Positions 1 to 8,650 of a stretch of 58,602 nt of DNA are shown one piece after another (the first letter of the stretch is position 1; each line of letters opens with the position of its first letter). The DNA is from Robiginitomaculum sp. GTDB lineage: Bacteria; Pseudomonadota; Alphaproteobacteria; Caulobacterales; Maricaulaceae. The notes beneath the pieces were generated by a model, which was not told the origin of the DNA, searched no databases, and worked only from the letters and a program-made list of their open reading frames with translations. A program made the translations under genes and the position numbers. The stretch covers positions 1-58,602 of the forward strand of contig JAJFFM010000149.1 in the NCBI GenBank assembly GCA_021776675.1. Reading direction: 5' to 3'.

Positions 1-103
1 CATGCCAGCGGAAAGTTTTATTCAAACCGAAGAACGCACCGTGCTCAATTATATTTTGAAACCTTTTTCCGAGCAACTCGGCAGATCATTTAGGGAAGAA
101 TAA
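1..103 (+). CDS. 3' end of an HlyD-family type I secretion membrane-fusion (adaptor) protein; partial, the start lies outside the window
   Basis: The frame starting at nt 2 reads MPAESFIQTEERTVLNYILKPFSEQLGRSFREE, with TAA at 101-103. The ...ERTVL.YlLKP....l..aFRE tail is typical of HlyD-family adaptor C-termini. Confidence 0.5.
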   Translation, partial: MPAESFIQTEERTVLNYILKPFSEQLGRSFREE

Positions 104-212
104 CTCAATTAGAGAAGAATAGCCCCTAGAAGAATTGCCTATAGCAAAGATTAGCAGCCCGCTTGACGTCTGTTCCTGCGCGCCGTAACCTTGCAAAAAA
201 ACGCGGGGACTT

Positions 213-1994
213 ATGAATTTTTCTAAATTCACACACCTTTTTTATGGTGCCATTTATTTGCTACGCACAGGCATTTTACTGCTCGGGTTTGCGGCACTAT
301 CAAGCTCGGCATTTGCACAACAGGAAGCTGAAACTCAGCCTACTGAAACAGAGGAAATTGAAGCAGTTGAAACTGAAGCGGTTGAAGAAGAACCAACCGA
401 GGCAGAAATTCAGGTTGAAGCCGAAGCACAGACCCACCTGACCAATTCCTTACTCTCTCTGAGCGAAACCGTCACCGCGCGGCAAAAAAGATTAGCTGAC
501 CTCGGCAGAGAAATGTCGCGCACAAGTAAAGACATCGACAAGGTCGCTCTACAAATAGAAATCGATGCGCTGGCACTTGAGATTACTCAGGTCGAGCAAG
601 AAATGGACTTAGTGGTGTTGGGATTGCAAGCCCGCCAATATTCCAAGGACAACGGCGAGCAAGAACCCGTCAATATTAGCGAAGAAATCGCCCGGGTCTT
701 TGAACCAATCATCATGTCCATAGAGCGCGCCACAGAACCAGCCAGACGTATGGAAGAGCTACGCCAACTGGCCGATCAAGCCGAGAAACGCATCGTCATT
801 GCCCAAAACACTTTGGACAGTATCAACGGGTTCAGAGATACCGAGGTCAAATACCCCAAAGACGTAAAAGAACGGCTCGATAAACATCATGAACTTTGGC
901 AGAACCGCCTACAAGAAGCGCAAAATATAGACATTGCACTGAAAGAACAACTGGCAGCCACTAGAAGGGCGCGCGGTAATTCTCTCAAACAATTCTCCGA
1001 AGATTTCGGCGGTTTTATCTTGAACCGAGGCGCCAGCTTGCTCATGGCTATGGTGTTAGGCTTCGGCTTTATCCTGTTATGTCAAATAATTATATCCTCG
1101 ACGTCCTACTGGTATAGACGCAGCCACAATGATGTTTTGTCCGCCTCCATGCGCATTTTTTCTATGCTTATTTCATTGATCGGCATTATCGGCGGTTTTG
1201 TAATTGCCGTCACGATTTTTAACATTCGCCAAGACTGGTTGATGTTAGCCATGAGCCTTTTGCTCGCACTAGCCCTATCTTGGACATTTGTAAAATCATT
1301 ACCGGCACTGGGTGAGCAGACCAGATTATTGATGAATTTGGGCGCAGTCCGTGAAGGTGAACGCACGCTGGTCAACGGCCTGCCCTACAGGATTGAACGC
1401 TTGTCCATGTACACAAAATTGGTCAACCCGTCCTTAAGCGGCGGCGAGATGATATATCCTGTACGCGAGCTTATCGGCATGCATTCCAGACCCGTCACAG
1501 ACGGCGAAGCATGGTTTCCCACCCAAATCGGCGATTGGATAGTCAGGGACGGCAAGCATTACCAAGTGACCAAACAAACCCCTGAACATGTCATCATTAG
1601 ACGCCCCGGCGGCGCCGAAGATTTCGTGCCCGCGCAAGAGTTTATGGACACTTTATTCGAAGTTATCAGCGACGGATATAGAGCCGTTTATGAATTTGGT
1701 CTGGATTACAAACATCTGGATGTGGCGCGCACAGAAATTCCCGAACGCATCAATCAATGTGTGAAAGACCATATCGGCGACATTCTAGGCGACGAAGCTT
1801 TGGTGGCCGTAGACACAAGATTTGTCGGTCTCGGCGACAGCGCCCTGTCCTTCACCGTTCTGGCTGATGTTGGCGCAGGCCTAGGGAGTGAGTGGAAGAA
1901 AATGCAAAAATACTTAAACCACGCCGTCGTAGAAGCCTGCCTAACCCAAAACTGGGACATCCCCTTCCCGCAATTGGTTGTGCATAAGGGGTAA
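213..1994 (+). CDS. MscS-like mechanosensitive channel family membrane protein with a long acidic, coiled-coil N-terminal extension
   Basis: 593-aa ORF. It has a signal/TM segment, an E/T/A-rich acidic repeat (ETQPTETEEIEAVETEAVEEEPTEAE), a coiled-coil region and 3-4 TM helices. These are followed by a beta-domain-like segment (REGERTLVNGLPYRIERLSMYTKLVNP...) and a C-terminal ...WDIPFPQLVVH motif typical of the MscS family. Confidence 0.55.
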   Translation: MNFSKFTHLFYGAIYLLRTGILLLGFAALSSSAFAQQEAETQPTETEEIEAVETEAVEEEPTEAEIQVEAEAQTHLTNSLLSLSETVTARQKRLADLGREMSRTSKDIDKVALQIEIDALALEITQVEQEMDLVVLGLQARQYSKDNGEQEPVNISEEIARVFEPIIMSIERATEPARRMEELRQLADQAEKRIVIAQNTLDSINGFRDTEVKYPKDVKERLDKHHELWQNRLQEAQNIDIALKEQLAATRRARGNSLKQFSEDFGGFILNRGASLLMAMVLGFGFILLCQIIISSTSYWYRRSHNDVLSASMRIFSMLISLIGIIGGFVIAVTIFNIRQDWLMLAMSLLLALALSWTFVKSLPALGEQTRLLMNLGAVREGERTLVNGLPYRIERLSMYTKLVNPSLSGGEMIYPVRELIGMHSRPVTDGEAWFPTQIGDWIVRDGKHYQVTKQTPEHVIIRRPGGAEDFVPAQEFMDTLFEVISDGYRAVYEFGLDYKHLDVARTEIPERINQCVKDHIGDILGDEALVAVDTRFVGLGDSALSFTVLADVGAGLGSEWKKMQKYLNHAVVEACLTQNWDIPFPQLVVHKG

Positions 1995-2117
1995 TTCGGT
2001 AACTATCATCATAATTTAAGTATGTTGTCTTTTAGCATTTTGGTTTTTCGAATAATAATGACACTAAACGTACAGTAAATATACCAACTTGGATTTAGCG
2101 TGTGGGTAGTTGACCAA

Positions 2118-3185
2118 TCAGCCCATAAGCAATCTATTAAACTCATTCATGAAATCGGCGCAGGTACCGTCTATTAAATTAACATACGCATCGCCTGGAA
2201 TAGGCCCGTGTCTATATTCGAAATGATAACTAATCTCAGTTCTAATACTTTGTATATTATTATCCGATTGCTCAAAGACAGTTCCCAATACGTCGCCTAC
2301 ATCAAACTTACCTCCATTGTGGATGAGCTTCATATTTAGCCCCAAAAACCCAAATCCCAAAAACATTACAATGTCTGCCTGAACAAGGGCATCATGGATT
2401 TCGCTCTGTGTATCGTCCTCTACACTTTCAGTAAAAGTTTTCAAATATTGAGATTGTTCGATTAGCTGTTTTGCCCCTAATGATGCTCCAAAGTTTGTAT
2501 GACAGTGGCCACGTTCAGCTCTGAATGTAAAATCGCCAACGGAGCCGTAGGGGTATATGATATTTAGTGCATCTATTATACGTTCGCCCTCGTCCGCCGG
2601 TACATCAAAATATTGCAGTGAAGCGTAATAGAAAAATTGGTGTATACACCGATCATAATTGAAGGAAATAAATGTAATATTCTCAAGTGAAACAAGAAAT
2701 TGTTCGAAATTGGTTTCCGCTACAAGTATTTTGAAAAACTCTCCAAGCCATGTTTTATTGGCTTTACTGGCGTCAAAAATGGGAATGCCTGACGTATTAC
2801 CATATACATATAATCTACTGCTTTTTTCGGCTTCGATAATAGCGTGGGTGATTGCCAATTTACCAACCTGAACAAGTTCATTATTTTTGGAATGAGTGTG
2901 CATATAATTATCGATGGACGGTGCAATCGGCATATTATCCCTGATTTTCCACGCTGCTTCTTGAAGGGTACGATTGTTGGAATCAGGAAGCAAAGTAAAT
3001 GCATGTGCTATTTCCGAGCTTCCTCTAATTAATTTTCTTCCAAAAGTATCATAATTGATATCCAGCAAGTCTGCAATTTGTGTCTTTAATGTTGAGCCAA
3101 CGGGTAGCCCAAATTCCTTACTGGCACCTGCCCCGACGACAATAACATTTTTCCGATTTTTATCACCCAATACCGTACTCCTCAA
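2118..3185 (-). CDS. Divergent SIR2-like (SIR2_2-type) domain protein, standalone; candidate defence or accessory gene
   Basis: 355-aa ORF that is visibly AT-rich relative to its neighbours. The N-terminus VIVVGAGASKEFGLPVGSTL matches the GAGxS..GlP opening of SIR2_2 domains. SFNYDRC matches TTNYD. IIYPYGSVG sits where xxLHGS is expected, so the His is replaced by Tyr. VMFLGFGFLGLN sits where the iGySl.D motif is expected. Confidence 0.45.
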   Translation of the reverse strand: MRSTVLGDKNRKNVIVVGAGASKEFGLPVGSTLKTQIADLLDINYDTFGRKLIRGSSEIAHAFTLLPDSNNRTLQEAAWKIRDNMPIAPSIDNYMHTHSKNNELVQVGKLAITHAIIEAEKSSRLYVYGNTSGIPIFDASKANKTWLGEFFKILVAETNFEQFLVSLENITFISFNYDRCIHQFFYYASLQYFDVPADEGERIIDALNIIYPYGSVGDFTFRAERGHCHTNFGASLGAKQLIEQSQYLKTFTESVEDDTQSEIHDALVQADIVMFLGFGFLGLNMKLIHNGGKFDVGDVLGTVFEQSDNNIQSIRTEISYHFEYRHGPIPGDAYVNLIDGTCADFMNEFNRLLMG

Positions 3186-3251
3186 ATTCCCAATTGTTCA
3201 GACCTATCTTTTGAATACATTCTACCATTAAATTATTCCAACCTTTTTTCC

Positions 3252-3388
3252 ATAACGGTAACACATTACGCTGCCATTTCGCCATTACGGTGCCATTACG
3301 GTGACAGTACCATTAAAATTACGGTGAATTACGGTGACAGTTACCGAAATTATGTCCTCTTCGGAATTACGCGGAATTACGGTGACAG
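3252..3388. repeat. Array of eight copies of an ATTACGG(TG) motif, three of them extended to ATTACGGTGACAG, in the 5' region of the SIR2-like gene
   Basis: Copies start at 3252 (ATAACGGTA variant), 3265, 3284, 3295, 3318, 3328, 3366 and 3376. Three doublets are spaced 10-11 bp apart (3284/3295, 3318/3328, 3366/3376). GACAG(C)TACCATTAAAAT is additionally duplicated at 3303-3319 and 3445-3462. Confidence 0.8.
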
Positions 3389-3484
3389 CGAGCGAAGCGA
3401 ATGCCTCTTGTGAACCGGAATTCCAGTATTTCCTCATTGTAAACGACAGCTACCATTAAAATGTCACCTTTCATAAACAGCCAT

Positions 3485-3526
3485 AAAAACTAATCCATGA
3501 TCCTTCCTGCGCCTTAATTGTTGTGG
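3485..3526. repeat. 42-bp direct repeat, copy 1 (partner at 4187-4228), immediately downstream of the antitoxin gene
   Basis: AAAAACTAATCCATGATCCTTCCTGCGCCTTAATTGTTGTGG versus AAAAACTTATCCATGGTCCTTCCAGCGCCCTTATTGTTGTGG. The two match at 37 of 42 positions with no gaps. Confidence 0.85.
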
Positions 3527-3539
3527 AAAGAATGCTGTT

Positions 3540-3839
3540 TTAGGAATGCGCTTCTGTACTCTCAGTTTTCAAAGTCATACCGAGTGCGGACAATACAGCA
3601 AGGATGGTTCCAAATTGGGGCTTACCAGTTTTCTTAAGCCCGCGGTATAGGCTAGGACGTGACAGCTTGGCCTTGATCGCAATCTCACTCATGCCTTTAG
3701 CGCGGGCGACAATACCTATAGCGTCGATGATGTGGGCTTCTTCACCTGTTTCAAAAGCTTCTGATAAATACATAGCAATATCTTCGTCGGTTTTGAGATA
3801 GTCGAGGACGTCCCATTTGGTAGTTTTTAATTTTGTCAT
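3540..3839 (-). CDS. Addiction-module antidote protein (HTH, HigA/Xre-like antitoxin)
   Basis: MTKLKTTKWDVLDYLKTDEDIAMYLSEAFETGEEAHIIDAIGIVARAKGMSEIAIKAKLSRPSLYRGLKKTGKPQFGTILAVLSALGMTL matches the 'putative addiction module antidote protein' family. I chose the internal ATG at 3839 rather than the 155-aa ORF start at 4007, which would overlap the toxin gene. The gene lies 16 nt downstream of the toxin stop. Confidence 0.8.
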   Translation of the reverse strand: MTKLKTTKWDVLDYLKTDEDIAMYLSEAFETGEEAHIIDAIGIVARAKGMSEIAIKAKLSRPSLYRGLKKTGKPQFGTILAVLSALGMTLKTESTEAHS

Positions 3840-3855
3840 TTTTCCTTTTTCCTTT

Positions 3856-4146
3856 TTAAATACGCTTGGCCATATCCTTTGCTTTTTTAATGTCTTTAGC
3901 TTGTGTTTTTTTGGAACCACCACACAGCAAGATAACGACAACGCTACCTTGTTTAGTGAAGTATATCCGATACCCAGGGCCGTAGTTAATGCGCATTTCG
4001 CTGACACCCTCGCCTACGGGCTTAACGTCACCGAGGCTACCTTGTTCAGTTAGACGAATGCGGGAAGCAATTTTGATAATGGCACGACGGTCTTTAAGAG
4101 CTTTTACCCACTTATCAAATTCATCCGTTTTGCGAACTTCTAACAC
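3856..4146 (-). CDS. RelE/ParE-superfamily toxin ('addiction module killer protein' type)
   Basis: 96 aa with a GTG start. FDKWVKALKDRRAIIKIASRIRLTEQGSLGDVKPVGEGVSEMRINYGPGYRIYFTKQGSVVVILLCGGSKKTQAKDIKKA is the characteristic killer-protein pattern (G.GyRiYf......vilLlcGGdKstQ..DI..A). Confidence 0.8.
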   Translation of the reverse strand: MLEVRKTDEFDKWVKALKDRRAIIKIASRIRLTEQGSLGDVKPVGEGVSEMRINYGPGYRIYFTKQGSVVVILLCGGSKKTQAKDIKKAKDMAKRI

Positions 4147-4186
4147 GGATTACATGTAGCCTATGAGCGACAATAAGTCAAGAGTA

Positions 4187-4228
4187 AAAAACTTATCCAT
4201 GGTCCTTCCAGCGCCCTTATTGTTGTGG
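4187..4228. repeat. 42-bp direct repeat, copy 2 (partner at 3485-3526), immediately upstream of the toxin gene
   Basis: See copy 1. The two copies are 702 bp apart and bracket exactly the toxin-antitoxin pair. Confidence 0.85.
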
Positions 4229-4249
4229 GATGGAATTTGATGCTGGACA

Positions 4250-4790
4250 GGAACCACACAATATATGCGCGGGTCAACTGAGCATCCCTCCCCGTGCGCC
4301 GCAAGGTGTATCTGGCTTTCTTGCGTGGTTGATGTTTTGGCTCCGGCTCTGTGTAGAGCGGTCGCACCGCAGATCGGGGTTAGCTTCGGGACAAGCCTCA
4401 ACTCGCCCTTATGAACCCAACCGTTTTTGGCGGCGTAGAGGTCAACGTGATATAATACCTGTCCGTAATAATCGTCCCTTTTACATATTTACACGCCCCG
4501 GCATGCATATGGGCATGCGGGCAAACCTATCCCCAACCCAATTTATGGAACGTCTTGTTGCCCTATCTGGTCGGGGTCGGGTCAGCGTTTACCGCATGCG
4601 CTATTGGCGCAAAACCGTCAAAGGCAAAGCGGCGCCCCTCGGCACCGAACATGAATATTGGCGCGATCCACTTGGCCGTATTGGTAAGCACATGGGCAGA
4701 TTGTCCAGCGGCATTTGGGCTGCACATCTCTGGCCGGGCTGGCGGCTCTATATTCCCAACCTGCATGCATCAACGCCCGTGAACCTCTCG
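4250..4790 (-). pseudogene. Possible heavily decayed tyrosine recombinase (phage or island integrase) remnant
   Basis: Minus-strand translation in shifting frames gives fragments resembling integrase C-terminal motifs. These are ...KLTP-DLRC / ATALHRAGA (compare hTPHDLRRTaATlLaeAG), NINHA (compare LNHa), and further upstream IEPPARPEM......SAHVLTNTAKWI (compare W.IPa.RMK....H.VPLs..A..il). No intact ORF exists. This is a weak, by-eye call. Confidence 0.3.
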
Positions 4791-4946
4791 GGTGGACAAT
4801 GGCGTATGTGCATGTACCAAGTCTCCCTACTCTTGTTTAAATACAGACCCAAATCCACATATTCGCCCACACTACCCCTTGCACCTTTTCGCCGCGCGCA
4901 TTAAACATACGAAATTTTGTGCAAATTGTAGATTCTTTGGATACTT

Positions 4947-7900
4947 ATGGGAAAACGTACTGACATTAAATCTATCCTGATTATTGGGGCCGGGCCGATT
5001 ATTATTGGTCAGGCCTGTGAATTTGATTATTCTGGCGTCCAAGCCTGTAAAGCTCTGCGCGACGAAGGCTATAAAGTCATCTTGGTCAATTCCAATCCGG
5101 CCACAATTATGACCGATCCGGGCATGGCAGATGCCACCTATATCGAACCGATCACGCCGGAGATTGTCGAGAAGATTATCAAGCGCGAACGCCCCGACGC
5201 CCTGCTCCCGACTATGGGCGGACAAACCGCGCTTAACACCGCACTGAAACTCGAAGAAATGGGCGTATTGGAAAAATACGGCGTCGAGACGATTGGCGCC
5301 AAAGCGGACAGCATTGATAAAGCCGAAGACCGCGCCCGTTTTCGCAACGCTATGGACCGCATTGGCCTTGAAAACCCGCGCGCCGTTATCATCACCGCGC
5401 CTAATAATGATGTAAACGCGGGCGTAGCCGAAGCCGTCCGTAAATTAGACGAAACCGGACTACCCGCCATCATTCGCCCGGCCTTTACACTCGGCGGTAC
5501 AGGCGGCGGTGTTGCTTATAATATCGAAGAATTTGAACATTTCGTCCGCTCCGGTCTAACCGCTTCACCGACCAATCAGGTGCTTATCGACGAGAGCTTG
5601 CTCGGTTGGAAAGAATACGAGATGGAGGTCGTCCGCGACAAGGCGGATAATTGCATCATCATTTGTTCCATCGAAAACATCGACCCAATGGGTGTGCATA
5701 CGGGCGATAGCATCACCGTCGCCCCCGCCCTAACGTTGAGCGACAAAGAATACCAAATGATGCGAGATGCTTCTATTGCCGTTTTGCGCGAAATTGGCGT
5801 CGAGACTGGTGGATCGAACGTGCAATTCGCCGTCAACCCCAAAGACGGACGCATGGTGGTTATTGAAATGAACCCGCGCGTATCGCGTTCGTCCGCCTTG
5901 GCCTCCAAAGCAACGGGATTCCCAATTGCCAAAATCGCTGCCAAATTGGCCATTGGGTATACTCTGGACGAGCTTGACAACGACATTACGGGCGCGACCC
6001 CTGCGGCGTTTGAGCCGACCTTGGATTATGTCGTTACCAAAATTCCGCGTTTTGCCTTTGAGAAATTCCCGGGCGCCGAAGCCGTTCTTTCAACATCTAT
6101 GAAATCGGTTGGCGAAGTTATGTCTATTGGCCGCAGTTTCAAAGAAAGCTTGCAAAAAGCTCTGCGTTCCCAAGAGACGGATATAATGGGGCTAGACGAA
6201 ATTGAACTGGATACATCCGTCGATAATATGGACACGGTAATGCGCGCCGAGCTGGCACGCCAAACACCGGACAGATTGCGCATTGTTGCACAGGCATTTC
6301 GCGTTGGTTTTTCAACTGATACTTTGTACGAAATCACCTCCATTGATAAATGGTTCTTGCGCCAAATTGGTGAATTGATGGAAACTGAAAATCTGGTAAA
6401 AACTAATGGTTTGCCAGATACCGCCCAAGACATGTTAGCCCTGAAAATGGACGGGTTTTCTGATATGCGTCTAGGGCAACTTTGTGGTAAAACGGAACAC
6501 GAAGTCCGTAAGCACCGCCATAATTTGAACGTGCGTCCGGTTTATAAACGGGTCGACACATGCGCCGCAGAATTTGCCGCCAAAACGCCATATATGTATT
6601 CAACTTATGAGCATCTATCATTTGGCGGTATCGCGGCATGTGAGAGCCGTCCGTCAAACCGCAAGAAAGTTGTTATTCTGGGTGGTGGTCCGAACCGGAT
6701 TGGCCAAGGTATAGAATTTGATTATTGCTGTTGCCATGCTGCTTTCGCGCTGGAAGAAATCGGCGTTGAAAGCATTATGGTCAATTGTAACCCCGAGACG
6801 GTTTCGACGGATTACGACACATCTGACCGCCTATATTTTGAGCCGCTGACCGAAGAAGATGTATTAGAGCTAATCGCCAAAGAACGTGAGAACGGCAAAT
6901 TATTGGGCGTTATTGTGCAATACGGCGGACAAACCCCGCTCAAGCTAGCCGAAGCCCTCGAGGACAACAACATTCCGCTATTGGGTACGGAACGGGATGC
7001 TATTGATTTGGCCGAAGACCGAGAGCGGTTTAAGGCGCTGTTGCAAAAACTTGACCTACTCCAGCCAGCCAATGCCATTGCCCGAACTGACGACGAAGCC
7101 GCGAAGGGTGCCGAAGAGGTTGGTTATCCGGTCGTGCTTAGGCCTTCATTTGTGCTCGGTGGTCGGGCTATGGAAATCGTCGAGAACGAACCTGACCTGC
7201 GCCGCTATGTGGCCGAGGCCGTGAAAGTATCTGGTAAATCGCCGCTACTAATAGACCAATATTTACGCGATGCCATTGAAGTTGACGTGGACGCGATTTG
7301 CGACGGCGCGGAAGTATTTGTCGCTGCCGTCATGGAGCATATCGAAGAAGCTGGGGTTCACTCCGGTGATAGCGCATGTTCTTTACCGCCGTATTCCTTG
7401 AGTAAAAAAATTGTCAAAGAATTGAAGCGCCAAACCAAATTACTGGCACTTGAGCTTGGTGTCGTGGGTTTGATGAATGTCCAATATGCCGTTAAAGATG
7501 ACAAAATTTATCTCATAGAAGTCAACCCGAGAGCATCTCGAACTGTTCCGTTTGTTGCCAAAGCCACAGGCCTTGCAGTGGCTAACATTGCTGCCAAAGT
7601 CATGGCGGGGCATAAACTCAGCGAATTTGATCTTACGAAAATAGACAAAGGCCAAATTGCTGTCAAAGAAGCCGTCTTCCCATTCGCCCGCTTCCCTGGA
7701 GTTGATACGGCGCTTGGGCCTGAAATGCGATCTACAGGCGAAGTTATGGGCATGGCTAATGATTTTGGGGCTAATAATTTCGGTATGGCCTTCGCCAAAA
7801 GCCAATTGGGCGCCGGCGTCGTGCTACCTTCAAAGGGGACTGCATTTATTTCGGTCAAAGACCGCGACAAAAAGATGATGGAACCATTGGCCGAACAATT

Positions 7901-8225
7901 GCTCGAACTTGGCTTTACAGTTGTCGCGACTGGAGGTACTGCCAAGCATCTACAAGCGGCAGGCTTGGATGTGGCGCAAGTGAAAAAAGTTTCCCAAGGT
8001 CGTCCACATATTGTCGATGCTATGAAAAACGGTCAAATTGCATTGGTCTTTAACACCACTTGGGGCAAGCAAGCCCTCAAGGATAGTTACTCTTTACGCC
8101 GTGCGGCTCTCATGGGACAAATCCCTTATTATACGACCTCTGCAGGTGCCCGCGCTGCAGTTGCGGCAATTACGGCATTGGCACAAGAGGATTACGATGT
8201 CATGAGCTTACAGGGATATGGATAG
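4947..8225 (+). CDS. carB: Carbamoyl-phosphate synthase large subunit
   Basis: 1092 aa with duplicated ATP-grasp halves ([11 protein letters not shown]... and [11 protein letters not shown]...), an oligomerisation domain and an MGS-like C-terminal domain. This is an unmistakable CarB. Confidence 0.97.
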   Translation: MGKRTDIKSILIIGAGPIIIGQACEFDYSGVQACKALRDEGYKVILVNSNPATIMTDPGMADATYIEPITPEIVEKIIKRERPDALLPTMGGQTALNTALKLEEMGVLEKYGVETIGAKADSIDKAEDRARFRNAMDRIGLENPRAVIITAPNNDVNAGVAEAVRKLDETGLPAIIRPAFTLGGTGGGVAYNIEEFEHFVRSGLTASPTNQVLIDESLLGWKEYEMEVVRDKADNCIIICSIENIDPMGVHTGDSITVAPALTLSDKEYQMMRDASIAVLREIGVETGGSNVQFAVNPKDGRMVVIEMNPRVSRSSALASKATGFPIAKIAAKLAIGYTLDELDNDITGATPAAFEPTLDYVVTKIPRFAFEKFPGAEAVLSTSMKSVGEVMSIGRSFKESLQKALRSQETDIMGLDEIELDTSVDNMDTVMRAELARQTPDRLRIVAQAFRVGFSTDTLYEITSIDKWFLRQIGELMETENLVKTNGLPDTAQDMLALKMDGFSDMRLGQLCGKTEHEVRKHRHNLNVRPVYKRVDTCAAEFAAKTPYMYSTYEHLSFGGIAACESRPSNRKKVVILGGGPNRIGQGIEFDYCCCHAAFALEEIGVESIMVNCNPETVSTDYDTSDRLYFEPLTEEDVLELIAKERENGKLLGVIVQYGGQTPLKLAEALEDNNIPLLGTERDAIDLAEDRERFKALLQKLDLLQPANAIARTDDEAAKGAEEVGYPVVLRPSFVLGGRAMEIVENEPDLRRYVAEAVKVSGKSPLLIDQYLRDAIEVDVDAICDGAEVFVAAVMEHIEEAGVHSGDSACSLPPYSLSKKIVKELKRQTKLLALELGVVGLMNVQYAVKDDKIYLIEVNPRASRTVPFVAKATGLAVANIAAKVMAGHKLSEFDLTKIDKGQIAVKEAVFPFARFPGVDTALGPEMRSTGEVMGMANDFGANNFGMAFAKSQLGAGVVLPSKGTAFISVKDRDKKMMEPLAEQLLELGFTVVATGGTAKHLQAAGLDVAQVKKVSQGRPHIVDAMKNGQIALVFNTTWGKQALKDSYSLRRAALMGQIPYYTTSAGARAAVAAITALAQEDYDVMSLQGYG

Positions 8226-8236
8226 GCCAAAATGCG

Positions 8237-8258
8237 AAGCCGCTTTTACAAGCGGCCT
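8237..8258. terminator. Short hairpin between convergent carB and urcA; possible bidirectional terminator
   Basis: GCCGCTT-ttac-AAGCGGC, a 7-bp stem 12 nt after the carB stop. The T-run is weak on both strands. Confidence 0.35.
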
Positions 8259-8284
8259 CGACACAATTTATTGTAATATTACTA

Positions 8285-8650
8285 TTATTTTGCAATAGAT
8301 GTTTGGTGATAAGCAGTGACGCGCGCATCATTCAGATCAACAACAAAATCGTTCAACAGACCATCTGCACAAGCATCGTTTACACGTCTGTCGTGCAATG
8401 TCTGATGACCACTCGTTTTACAGGCATTTTTGGCACGCTTACTCAGTTTTTTGTATATGCGCCGCGCACCATTGTCACTATTCAGCAAATAGCTGTCGAT
8501 GCGTGTCGTGACGGTGTCCGACACTCTAGTGTTTGCGTACGCAGGTGCCGAAGCAAAACCCATCACGGCAATACATGTTGCGAGGGTAAAAGCATTGACT
8601 CTGTTACGGGTCCAATGCACTGTGTTTGTTAGTTTATTCTGCATTTTCAA
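8285..8650 (-). CDS. UrcA-family secreted protein
   Basis: 121 aa with a signal peptide (...ASAPAYA). The mature part contains the UrcA-like pattern ...LLNSDNGARRIYKKLSKRAKNACK... (an L.s..Ga..ly.rl..AA..vC core with conserved Cys). Confidence 0.6.
   Translation of the reverse strand: MKMQNKLTNTVHWTRNRVNAFTLATCIAVMGFASAPAYANTRVSDTVTTRIDSYLLNSDNGARRIYKKLSKRAKNACKTSGHQTLHDRRVNDACADGLLNDFVVDLNDARVTAYHQTSIAK

Noticed and set aside
1993-3351. 12-13-bp inverted repeat (AATTCGGTAACT at 1993-2004 versus AGTTACCGAAATT at 3339-3351) flanking the SIR2-like gene, as possible element termini
   Set aside because: The match is short and imperfect (one indel). I see no target-site duplication, and the right copy lies inside the ATTACGGTGACAG motif array. 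It could be chance or part of that array, so I am not calling a mobile element.
3252-3388. Possibility that the short-repeat array (or the 16-bp repeats at 33792-33855) is a CRISPR array
   Set aside because: The repeat units are only 9-16 bp. They are either contiguous or separated by 1-25 bp, with no unique spacers of 25-40 bp. No cas genes are present in the window.
3840-4007. N-terminal extension of the antitoxin ORF (the 155-aa version starting at 4007)
   Set aside because: The extension overlaps the toxin gene in another frame and adds sequence not found in the antidote family. The internal ATG at 3839 gives the canonical MTKLK... N-terminus of about 99 aa.
4230-4904. 224-aa plus-strand ORF filling the gap before carB
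   Set aside because: The composition is aberrant (very W/R/G-rich with many Cys and Met). There is no Shine-Dalgarno sequence and no recognisable motif. It lies antisense to the integrase-like fragments, so it is most likely a chance ORF in decayed GC-richer DNA.
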